Below are positions 1-9,004 of a stretch of DNA of 21,285 nt, in pieces. The stretch lies in the NCBI GenBank assembly GCA_043819795.1, contig JBDREN010000192.1:1-21285 (forward strand). The letters run 5' to 3'. The notes under the pieces were generated by a model. The model made no database searches and was not told where the DNA came from. It saw only the letters and a program-made list of their open reading frames with translations. Positions within the stretch are counted from its first letter, which is position 1. Every line of letters starts with the position of its first letter. This stretch comes from Elusimicrobiota bacterium. GTDB taxonomy: Bacteria > Elusimicrobiota > Elusimicrobia > UBA1565. The position numbers were made by a program, and so were the translations under genes.

Positions 1-109
1 ATCCGAGCGAGAATCTCGTCCGAAAATGTCCGGCCGCCAATCGTGAACATGCGGGCAGTTTAAGAAAATGAAGCGCTTGTGTCCAGTGAAATCTATGGGA
101 CATCCTCAG
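1..109 (-). mobile_element. Probable left end of an IS4-family (IS50-like) element with the first codons of its transposase (ATG at 50, runs off the window)
   Basis: The minus strand reads CTGAGGATGTCCCATAGATTTCACTGGACACAAG from 109, resembling IS50-type ends (CTGA...ACACAAG). It is followed by MFTIGGRTFSDEILAR..., which resembles the N-terminus of DUF4338-fused IS4 transposases from memory. Only 16 codons are visible. Confidence 0.4.
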
Positions 110-230
110 CCCTTCGGGGGAGAGGGGAATCCGTCCCTCAGACCGCGTACGAACTGCGCTGACGCGACTCTCCGACGACACGACGCCGCAACGGCAGAGC
201 CTCAGAGAGTCAACCGACGGAAACGGTGGC

Positions 231-317
231 TTACCATACGGCTTTGCCTGGGTGTCCCATCGCGGAAGTCAGGAACAAGATTCCCAAGCCCGACAGCTTC
301 TCTCTCCAGGCATCCAT
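231..317 (-). CDS. Candidate 28-aa small ORF MDAWREKLSGLGILFLTSAMGHPGKAVW
   Basis: Strong SD GAGGAGG 5 nt upstream of the ATG at 317 and TAA at 231-233. No family recognised. Confidence 0.25.
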   Translation of the reverse strand: MDAWREKLSGLGILFLTSAMGHPGKAVW

Positions 318-439
318 GCTTCCCTCCTCAGGAAGAGGCGCCCTCTATCTGTGAGTGCGGCGGGGATGTCCGGACGTTACAGCCATCCGGTGTCGTCGCG
401 CCACCACTAATCACGGCCTTTTTCACTCTCCACGTGGGA

Positions 440-456
440 GTCTTAAGTCTGGCACC
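440..456 (+). repeat. 17-bp motif GTCTTAAGTCTGGCACC, with an inverted copy at 4317-4333
   Basis: 16/17 identity to the reverse complement of 4317-4333 (GTCTAAAGTCTGGCACC). Both copies are intergenic. Confidence 0.6.
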
Positions 457-553
457 ACGCGCTTTCAGACGAGGCGGGCCGGCTCGGGGTAGCGCGCCGA
501 AGCTTCGGGGTCGGCTCTAGATTGCCTGATTTGTCGCGCGACCAAGCGGGGGT

Positions 554-593
554 CTTTCGGGGCCTTGAGTCCTAGGACCCAAGGCCCCGAAAG
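554..593. promoter_or_regulatory. 40-bp near-perfect palindrome upstream of the helicase
   Basis: CTTTCGGGGCCTTGAGTCCT|AGGACCCAAGGCCCCGAAAG pairs at 19/20 positions with no spacer. The regulatory role is inferred. Confidence 0.6.
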
Positions 594-651
594 TCGGGCC
601 CAAAGACCATGGGCGGAGGGGGGTTTCCGCTGTATCCTCCAAATGTACCGC

Positions 652-2964
652 ATGAAACTTACATCATTCCTTATAGCGCTGTCGCTGACCTTCGCTCCCG
701 GGACGTGGGCCGCCGTGCGGGTTTCCATCGTCGCCGGCGCGTCGAACAGCGCGGCCGCTTCCGGAGCCGGCGCGGCGGGGGCCGGTGCTTCGAACGTTTC
801 GGGGCGGAACGCCGCGTCCCTTTCGCGGCCCGCCGGGCTTCTTCCTTCGCTTCCGGCGTCGGTGAATCCCGCCGTCGCCGCCACGGCGGCCTCAAAATTC
901 TCGCCGCGGACCTCCGCGGTCGCCGCGGGCGATTCACTCGCGCTGCCGCGACCCGCTGCGCCCGTAAAGACTCGGGCATCGGCGTCGCAGCGGCCCGCGA
1001 GCGTCCGCTCGCACGCATTGGCCCGCAGCGCCAACGCCGCTCCGGAGGGCGCGGGGCACGGCTCCGCGCCGCGCTCGAAGCCGGGCCGCCGCGGCAAGCT
1101 CTACTCCAAGGCGGTGTCTTGGGCGAAGGTCCTGGACGTCCGGTCCCATATCGCGGGTCTCTCCGATCTGCTCGATGTGGAGCACGCGGCCGAGGTCGAG
1201 AGCGACAAGCGCGCCGTCGAGGGAGCGCTCCAGCTGCGGGAGACTCTGGGGACGAGCGTTTCGGGACTGAGCCTTCAGCGGGAAGAGAAGCGGGCCCCCG
1301 GCGGCTCGCGGGTCGTCCTTTTGAGCAAGCCCGGCGGCGGAGCCAAGAGCCCGTTCCACGCCCTGCGTGCCGGCGATCCCGTCACGCTGGCGGGCCCGGG
1401 CGGCGCGCACGCGGAGGGGATCGTCTACGGGGTCCGCGGAAACCGCCTGGCCGTATCGGTCGAGGAGACCGAGGAACTTCCCCATCGCGGCATCCGGGTG
1501 GACCTCACGGATACGGACGTCACGCACCGGCGCATGAAGGCCGCGCTCGACGAGCTCAATGTCGCGGACAAGCCCCATACGCTGAGGCTGCGCGACGTGC
1601 TGCTCGGGCGCGCCGAGCCCCGGACGGCCGCCTTGCCGCAGATCCGTTTCCGGAACAGAGGGCTCGACGAGTTCCAGCGCGAGGCGGTGCGGCGGGCGCT
1701 GGCCGCCGAGGACGTGGCCGTGATCCACGGGCCTCCCGGGACCGGCAAGACCACCACGCTCGTCGAGCTCATCTATCAGGCGGCGAAGCGGGGGGAGAAG
1801 GTCCTGGCCACGGCGCCCTCCAACGTGGCGGCGGACAACATTCTCGAGAAGCTGGCCGAGGCCGGCCTGAAGGTCGTCCGGCTCGGGCATCCCGCGCGCA
1901 CCGCCGAGCACCTGCGGCGCCTCACCGTGGACGCGGTGGGGGAGAAGTCCGACGAGGGGCGGCTCCTCGCGACGGTGAGAAAGCAGCTCGAGGGTCTGCG
2001 CCCGGGCAGCCGGGATTACGAGGCGCTCTCGGGGCGCATCCGTTTCTACGAGCGGAAGATCAGACGCAAGGTCATGGAAGGGGCCGACGTGGTCGTGGCC
2101 ACCCATGGCGGCATCCGCGGGCGGCTGCTCCGCGAGGACTTCGACCTGGCCGTCCTGGACGAGGCGTCGCAGGCCGTGGAGCCGCTCTCCTGGATCCCGC
2201 TGCTCCAGGCCAAGCGCGCTGTGCTCGCGGGCGACCCCGAGCAGCTTCCTCCGACGCTGCGCTCCGAGGAGGCCCGGGAGCGCGGGCTGGGCCGCACCCT
2301 CATGGAGCGCCTTATGGGCATCCTCCCGGAGGGCTTGCAGAGCCTGCTCCGCAAGCAGTACCGTATGAACGAGGATATCATGGGCTTCTCCTCGGAGGAG
2401 TTCTACGGCGGGAAGCTGATCGCCGACCCCTCGGTGGCGGGGCATACCGCCAAGGACCTCCCGGGAGTGAAGGAGAGCGACCTGACCCGCGTGCCCGTGC
2501 AGTTCGTGGACACGGCCGGGGCCGGCTTCGAGGAAGGCTGGGACCGCCTGACCCGGAGCCGCGTCAACGAGCGCGAGGCCCGGCTGACCGCGAAGATCCT
2601 CAAGAATCTGACGGATTCCGGGCTGAGGCCCGATCAAATCGGCGTCATCACGCCCTACGCCGCGCAGGCGCGCTTGGTGCGGGAGCTCGCCGGCGAGGGC
2701 GGCCCGGAGATCGAGACGGTGGACGGCTTCCAGGGCCGGGAGAAGGAGGTCATCGTCGTCTCGATGGTCCGCTCCAATCCCGACGGGGAGATAGGGTTCC
2801 TGGAGGACCTCCGCCGCCTGAACGTGGCCCTGACGCGGGCGCGGCGCTCGCTCATCGTTGTCGGCGACGGCGTCACGCTGGCTCGGCATCCGACGTACGC
2901 GCGCTTCATCGCTCACGCGGCGCGCAGGGGGAAGATCCGCTCCGCTGCGGAGTGGGTCGAATAG
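652..2964 (+). CDS. SF1 Upf1/IGHMBP2-like helicase (AAA_11/AAA_12 type) with N-terminal signal-peptide-like leader and Ala/Pro/Ser-rich linker
   Basis: Motifs GPPGTGKT, APSNVAADN, DEASQ, GDPEQLPP, QYRM, ITPY, TVDGFQGREK and RRLNVALTRAR. Start chosen at MKLTSFLIALSLTFAPGTWAA (652); 643 is also possible. Confidence 0.92.
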   Translation: MKLTSFLIALSLTFAPGTWAAVRVSIVAGASNSAAASGAGAAGAGASNVSGRNAASLSRPAGLLPSLPASVNPAVAATAASKFSPRTSAVAAGDSLALPRPAAPVKTRASASQRPASVRSHALARSANAAPEGAGHGSAPRSKPGRRGKLYSKAVSWAKVLDVRSHIAGLSDLLDVEHAAEVESDKRAVEGALQLRETLGTSVSGLSLQREEKRAPGGSRVVLLSKPGGGAKSPFHALRAGDPVTLAGPGGAHAEGIVYGVRGNRLAVSVEETEELPHRGIRVDLTDTDVTHRRMKAALDELNVADKPHTLRLRDVLLGRAEPRTAALPQIRFRNRGLDEFQREAVRRALAAEDVAVIHGPPGTGKTTTLVELIYQAAKRGEKVLATAPSNVAADNILEKLAEAGLKVVRLGHPARTAEHLRRLTVDAVGEKSDEGRLLATVRKQLEGLRPGSRDYEALSGRIRFYERKIRRKVMEGADVVVATHGGIRGRLLREDFDLAVLDEASQAVEPLSWIPLLQAKRAVLAGDPEQLPPTLRSEEARERGLGRTLMERLMGILPEGLQSLLRKQYRMNEDIMGFSSEEFYGGKLIADPSVAGHTAKDLPGVKESDLTRVPVQFVDTAGAGFEEGWDRLTRSRVNEREARLTAKILKNLTDSGLRPDQIGVITPYAAQARLVRELAGEGGPEIETVDGFQGREKEVIVVSMVRSNPDGEIGFLEDLRRLNVALTRARRSLIVVGDGVTLARHPTYARFIAHAARRGKIRSAAEWVE

Positions 2965-2967
2965 CTC

Positions 2968-4266
<1,299 letters not shown>

Positions 4267-4316
4267 CCATCCGGATGGGTCCTTCGGCCGGGGAGGGAGC
4301 CCCCTCGCGACGAGGC

Positions 4317-4333
4317 GGTGCCAGACTTTAGAC
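4317..4333 (-). repeat. Inverted copy of the 440-456 motif
   Basis: GGTGCCAGACTTTAGAC on the + strand. Confidence 0.6.
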
Positions 4334-4465
4334 CCAAAAAGGGGTAGGACGTATACTCGGCGTTTCCTCCCTTATCGGCCCATGCGCGGACCGCGTTCAT
4401 GGAATACAATAGATGATATAGCTGAGGCGCCGGAGCGCGAGCGCGCGGCCGGCGGCTTACCTACC

Positions 4466-6295
4466 ATGACCCAGGACAAGAAAGATACGGAGGCGTTGAT
4501 CGCCGAGCTTGACGCCGTTCTCGGAGCCGGCGTGGCGGACGTCACCATCCAGCCCGCTCCCGCCCCGAATCCCCCCGCGCGGCACGAGGCCGAGACCCCG
4601 GCCGCGGCCCCGGAAAAGACCGGGCCCGGGAGGATCCTCGTCGTGGACGACGACAAGAGCTACCGCGTCGTCGTCGAGGACATCCTGACCGAGCACGGCT
4701 ATGAGGTGGTCACGGCGCGCAACGGAGCCCGGGGGCTGATCAAGGCGCTCGATCAGAGGCCCGATCTGGTGCTTCTCGATTTCAACATGCCGGAGATGAA
4801 CGGCTACGAGGTCGTCCGGGAGCTGCGCAGCCGGGACGAGACGCGCAAGATTCCGATCGTCATGCTCTCCGGCGCGGTGAACATCGGCTACATCCAGGAG
4901 CTGAGGATCGATATCGACAGGTTCCTCGTCAAGCCCGTCTCGCCCGAGCAGCTCCTTGAGACGATCGCCGAGGCCCTCCAGGCCGGCTCGAGGCGGCTTC
5001 CGGCCGCGACGCCGGAGCTGGCGCCGGCCTCCGCGCCGGAGGTGCTCACGAAGCAAGAGGAGCTCCTCGTCGACATCGAAAAGGATGACGACCAGCGGGA
5101 GGAGGAGTACGGCCTGGAGGCCATGGCCAACGACTCGCCGCTCGTCAGCTGGGTCAACAAGATCCTGGTGCGGGCGGTGGAGCTGGGGGTCAGCGACATC
5201 CATTTCGAGCCGAAGGAGAAGGAGGTCGGCGTGCGCGTCCGCCTCAATGGCTCGCTCCAGCGGCTGTGCGCGCTTCCGGGCTCGCTGGCCGCGCGGCTGG
5301 CGGCGCGCCTGAAGATCATGTCGAACCTCGTGATAACCGAGAGGCGGCGCCCGCAGGACGGCCAGTTCCGGGCGACGGTCAACGGGAAGAAGATCGAGTT
5401 CCGCGTCAGCAGCATGCCCAGCACGAACGGCGAGAAGATCGTCCTGCGCGTGCTCGGCGGCACCAAGCTCAAGCCCGGCTTGGTCGAGCTGGGCCTCGCG
5501 GGTCGGGACCTCAAGTGCGTGGCGCGCGCCCTGCATATCCCGCACGGCCTGATCCTCGTCACGGGGCCCTCGGGGAGCGGCAAGACCACGAGCCTTTACA
5601 CGATGCTCAGCAAGCTCAACAAGCCGGACGTCAACGTGATGACGGCCGAGGAGCCGGTCGAGTACCGTCTCCCGGACATGACGCAGGTCGACATCAAGCC
5701 CGCCATCGGACTCACCTTCGAGTCCGTGCTGCGCTCCTTCCTGCGCCAGGACCCGGACATCATGCTCGTGGGGGAGATCCGCGACCTGGAGACGGCCGAT
5801 ATCGCGGTCAAGGCCTCGATAACCGGGCACCTGGTCCTATCTTCGCTGCACACCAACAGCGCCCCGTCCACGGTCGCCAGGCTCACCCAGATGGGGGTGC
5901 CGGGGTACCTGGTGGCGGCCAGCCTCAAGCTCGTCGTGGCCCAGCGCCTGCTCAAGGTGCTGTGCCCGGGCTGCAGGCGGCGGGAGCCCGTCTCCGCCGA
6001 TGAGAAGAGGCTGTTGTCAACCGATGAGACCAAGCGCCTGCAGGTGGTCTATTCCCCCGTCGGCTGCCCCGACTGCAACCACACGGGCTACACGGACCGC
6101 AAGGCCATCTTCGAGGTCATGCCCATCCGGACGGCGGCGATGCGCCAGCAGATCCTGTCCGCGGGGGGCGATGACCGGATCAGGGAGCAGGCCCTCAAGG
6201 AAGGGATGACGCCCCTGCGCGAGGCGGCGCTCCAGGCCGTGGCCAAGGGAGAGACCTCCCTGAGCGAGGCGCTCAAGATCATCCTCGCCGAGTGA
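4466..6295 (+). CDS. Response-regulator receiver domain fused to a GspE/PilB-family secretion/pilus ATPase
   Basis: REC motifs ILVVDDD, PDLVLLDFNMPEMNG and FLVKP. ATPase motifs SDIHFEP, RRPQDG, GPSGSGKTT, EEPVEY, RQDPDIMLVGEIRD, TGHLVLSSLH and the Cys tetrad CPGC..CPDC. The start is uncertain (4382 or 4466). Confidence 0.92.
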   Translation: MTQDKKDTEALIAELDAVLGAGVADVTIQPAPAPNPPARHEAETPAAAPEKTGPGRILVVDDDKSYRVVVEDILTEHGYEVVTARNGARGLIKALDQRPDLVLLDFNMPEMNGYEVVRELRSRDETRKIPIVMLSGAVNIGYIQELRIDIDRFLVKPVSPEQLLETIAEALQAGSRRLPAATPELAPASAPEVLTKQEELLVDIEKDDDQREEEYGLEAMANDSPLVSWVNKILVRAVELGVSDIHFEPKEKEVGVRVRLNGSLQRLCALPGSLAARLAARLKIMSNLVITERRRPQDGQFRATVNGKKIEFRVSSMPSTNGEKIVLRVLGGTKLKPGLVELGLAGRDLKCVARALHIPHGLILVTGPSGSGKTTSLYTMLSKLNKPDVNVMTAEEPVEYRLPDMTQVDIKPAIGLTFESVLRSFLRQDPDIMLVGEIRDLETADIAVKASITGHLVLSSLHTNSAPSTVARLTQMGVPGYLVAASLKLVVAQRLLKVLCPGCRRREPVSADEKRLLSTDETKRLQVVYSPVGCPDCNHTGYTDRKAIFEVMPIRTAAMRQQILSAGGDDRIREQALKEGMTPLREAALQAVAKGETSLSEALKIILAE

Positions 6296-6313
6296 CCGGG
6301 CCCCACCCGCCTT

Positions 6314-7645
6314 CTAGATCCCCCGCCTGACGCCCAGGTCCGCGGCCCTGGCGCGCGCGAAGGCCCGGCTCATCAGCACGCCCTTGAGCAGCGTCGTGAC
6401 CGAGATGCACCACCAGATCGCGTCCACGCCGAAGCCGAGCACCGCGACCAGGAGGTAGCTCAGGGGATAGCGCCCCAGGGTCAGCGGGATCGATATGTAC
6501 ATGTAGGGCCGGGTGCTGCCCAGGCCGTTGAAGCCGCCCTCGAAGACCATCTCCCAGCCCAGGAAGATCTCGAGCAGGCCGATCTTGCGCAAGTACGAGG
6601 CTCCGTGCGCGATCGTGTCCGGGTCTTTCGTGGCGATCCCGAGCAGGGCTTCCGGGAAGAACACGAACGCGACGCACACGGGCAGGAGGATCAGCGTGAT
6701 CAGCTTCCGGCTCTCGTAGGTGGTGCGGCGGGCCGTCTCGAAGTCGCCCCGGCCCACGGCCTGGCCGACCAGAGTGGCCGTCGCGACGGAGAAGCCCACG
6801 GAGGTGAAGTACGCCATGCTCTCGAGGCGGTGGCCGATCGTCATGCCGGCCAAGGGCGCCATGCCGAAGCGCGTGATGAGCGTGGTGAGCAGCGGATAGA
6901 CCGAGGTCCAGATCAGATGCGAGGCGCCGGTCGGCACGCCGACCTTCAGGATCCGGCCGAAGTACCCGGCGCTGAACTTCAAGTACGTCCCCAGCGGCGC
7001 GATGTAGCCGCGCCTTCTCAGGAACACGACCCGCAGCAAGAGCCCCGTGGTCCAGCCCAGGACGGTGGCCGCGGCCGCTCCGGCGACGCCCATGGCCGGG
7101 AAGCCCCACCAGCCGAATATGAGGACCGGGTCCATGCCGGCGTTGACGGTGAGCGCCACGGCCATGATCAGGACGGCGGTCTTGGTGTCCCCGTGCGCGT
7201 TGAAGATCTGGTTGGCCCAGTGGATGAGGTACAGGAGCGGCAGGCTCAGGACCAGTATGCGCAGATAGGTCCACCCGGCCGTATGCGCCTGGGGGCTCAG
7301 GCCCATCCAGCGCAGGAGCGCGGGGGCGGAAAGATAGATGGTCACGGCGAGCGCCGCGCTCACGAGCAGGCTCAGGTGGGCGGACTCGCGCGCGGCCGTG
7401 CGCGCGCCTTCCTCGTCCCGGGCGCCGATGGATTGCGCGACCAGGGTGGCGCAGCCGATCGTGGTCATCCCCATGATGGCGTGCATCGCCCAGGTCCAGT
7501 ATTCCGCGGCCGCCACGCCCGCGACCGTCTCGGTGCCGAGCTTGGCGATCCAGAAGATGTCCACCAACTCGTAGACGATGAGGCTTACGTAGCCGGAGAC
7601 CGCCGGCCCGGCGATCCGGAGGATGTCCCGCTTGATGCCGCTGAT
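6314..7645 (-). CDS. MATE-family transporter; start uncertain, homology-like sequence extends upstream of TTG 7567 to about 7645
   Basis: Many TM segments and motifs VDIFWIAKLG, GDTKT, DPVLIFGWWGFPAMGVAGAAAAT and LVGQAVG. The in-frame upstream codons read ISGIKRDILRIAGPAVSGYVSLIVYEL, which fits MATE TM1. Confidence 0.9.
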   Translation of the reverse strand: MSGIKRDILRIAGPAVSGYVSLIVYELVDIFWIAKLGTETVAGVAAAEYWTWAMHAIMGMTTIGCATLVAQSIGARDEEGARTAARESAHLSLLVSAALAVTIYLSAPALLRWMGLSPQAHTAGWTYLRILVLSLPLLYLIHWANQIFNAHGDTKTAVLIMAVALTVNAGMDPVLIFGWWGFPAMGVAGAAAATVLGWTTGLLLRVVFLRRRGYIAPLGTYLKFSAGYFGRILKVGVPTGASHLIWTSVYPLLTTLITRFGMAPLAGMTIGHRLESMAYFTSVGFSVATATLVGQAVGRGDFETARRTTYESRKLITLILLPVCVAFVFFPEALLGIATKDPDTIAHGASYLRKIGLLEIFLGWEMVFEGGFNGLGSTRPYMYISIPLTLGRYPLSYLLVAVLGFGVDAIWWCISVTTLLKGVLMSRAFARARAADLGVRRGI

Positions 7646-7649
7646 GGCG

Positions 7650-8525
7650 CTAACCGCCGGAGGCGGCTTCCTGCAGGAACGACAGGATGGGGCCGGGAGT
7701 GACCGCGCAGTGCCCGGCCCCGGCCGTGCGCTTGAAGCGGACGGGCTGGCCGGCGGAGGAGAGCTCTTCGGAGAGCCGCCGGGCGCCCTCGAAGAAGCCG
7801 TACTCGTCGCGGTCGCCGCACTCGATGAAGGTCGGAGGCAGGGGGCCGGAGCGGGGAGCGATGCTCAGCGGGTCGTGCCGCCGCCACCGCTCGGGTGACG
7901 GGAACTGGCGTCCGGACTGCTCCAAGATCCACTTGACGCGGTCCGGGTCGGCGCCGGTGCGGGCGATGAAGGCGTCTATCTCGCTCTGGTCCGCGTCGGG
8001 AGGCAGGCTCGTGATGGCGGGGCAGGAGAGGACGACCGAGTCCCAGAGGGAGGGATGCTTCAGGAGGAGCTGGGCGGCGTTGAAGCCTCCCATGGACATG
8101 CCCCACAGAAGGCGCCGCTCCGGCTTTCCGGCCCGCTCCTCGATGAAGGGCATGGCCTCGGACACGAAATGCTCCAGCAGGCCGTCGGCCGGGCCGGGTC
8201 CGGCCTCGGTCAGAAGCCAGAGCTTTCCGTAGGAGACGGTCGCGACGGTGGGCGCCGGGATCCCGCGCTCCCGGAAGCTCCGGTAGTAGGCCTTGGCCGC
8301 GAACCAGCCGCCCCAGTTGAGGTGGCTCTCGTTGTTGCCGTGAAGGTGGTAGAGCAGGGTCCGGGTGTCGTGTCCCGCGCCCGCGGGGGGGGAGTAGAGG
8401 CAGTATTCGAAGCCCGGGCCCTTGCCGCAGTCGGCGCGGGGGACGTCGCTGGCGGACTCCGGGGACCGGGCGCAGCCGGCCGCGGCCAAAGCCGCGGCCA
8501 GGAGCGCGCCGAGGGCGCCCTTCAC
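7650..8525 (-). CDS. Alpha/beta-hydrolase esterase, probable lipoprotein
   Basis: GMSMG nucleophile elbow, LHGNN oxyanion region, GDRD and GAGH triad positions, and lipobox ALAAAGC. The GTG start overlaps the upstream TGA (GTGA). Confidence 0.85.
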   Translation of the reverse strand: MKGALGALLAAALAAAGCARSPESASDVPRADCGKGPGFEYCLYSPPAGAGHDTRTLLYHLHGNNESHLNWGGWFAAKAYYRSFRERGIPAPTVATVSYGKLWLLTEAGPGPADGLLEHFVSEAMPFIEERAGKPERRLLWGMSMGGFNAAQLLLKHPSLWDSVVLSCPAITSLPPDADQSEIDAFIARTGADPDRVKWILEQSGRQFPSPERWRRHDPLSIAPRSGPLPPTFIECGDRDEYGFFEGARRLSEELSSAGQPVRFKRTAGAGHCAVTPGPILSFLQEAASGG

Positions 8526-8821
8526 GCGGTCTTGATGTCCGGCTGGCGCGTGGCGATGGGCCCGAAGCGGGCCTCGTACTTGCCGAGGTTGTCGGCCAGG
8601 GCCGCCACCAGCCTCTTGGTGTGGTGCGGGCTGGAGATGATCCGCGTGCGCACCTTGGCCTTGGGCCGGCCCGGCTGCATGAAGATGAAGTCCAAAAGGA
8701 ACTCGCTCTGGGTATGCGTGATGGCGCAGAAGTTCGCGTAGACCCCCTGCGCGGTCACGTCGTCCACCTCGATCTCGAGCTGAGGCGCCTGCGGCTTCTG
8801 TTCCGGAGCCCTTTCCTTCAT
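8522..8821 (-). CDS. DUF3467-family protein (99 aa)
   Basis: AQGVYANFCAITHTQSEFLLDF...KAKVRTRIISSPHHTKRL...NLGKYEARFGPI, with SD AAGGAG upstream of ATG 8821. An alternative start is at 8911. Confidence 0.85.
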   Translation of the reverse strand: MKERAPEQKPQAPQLEIEVDDVTAQGVYANFCAITHTQSEFLLDFIFMQPGRPKAKVRTRIISSPHHTKRLVAALADNLGKYEARFGPIATRQPDIKTA

Positions 8822-8958
8822 CTTTCGTATCTCCTTGACCCCGTGTCCCCAGTCCACACGGAGGTGCTTTCCCTTGACGTATCCCTTCTTCCCGGGTTTC
8901 GGCTTGTCCATGATGTCCCGGAGGCGGGCCCGGGAGCGGGCCGCGCGCCTCCCCGTCA

Positions 8959-8988
8959 AGCATACCGCTATTGGGAGCCCCCCTGCAA
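8959..8988 (-). promoter_or_regulatory. Putative sigma70 promoter for DUF3467-esterase-MATE
   Basis: Minus strand TTGCAG-N18-TATGCT in the intergenic gap. Confidence 0.35.
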
Positions 8989-9004
8989 GTTCTGCCGGGA
9001 CGCG

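Noticed and set aside
449..466. Sigma54 promoter at TGGCAC
   Set aside because: There is no TTGC -12 element at the required spacing.
68..520. 150-aa + strand ORF
   Set aside because: No recognisable motifs, it crosses the putative IS end, and its composition is atypical.
652..2964. Helicase as a CRISPR ancillary or defence gene
   Set aside because: It lies more than 10 kb from the cas genes on the opposite strand, is coupled to glgC, and has no nuclease domain.
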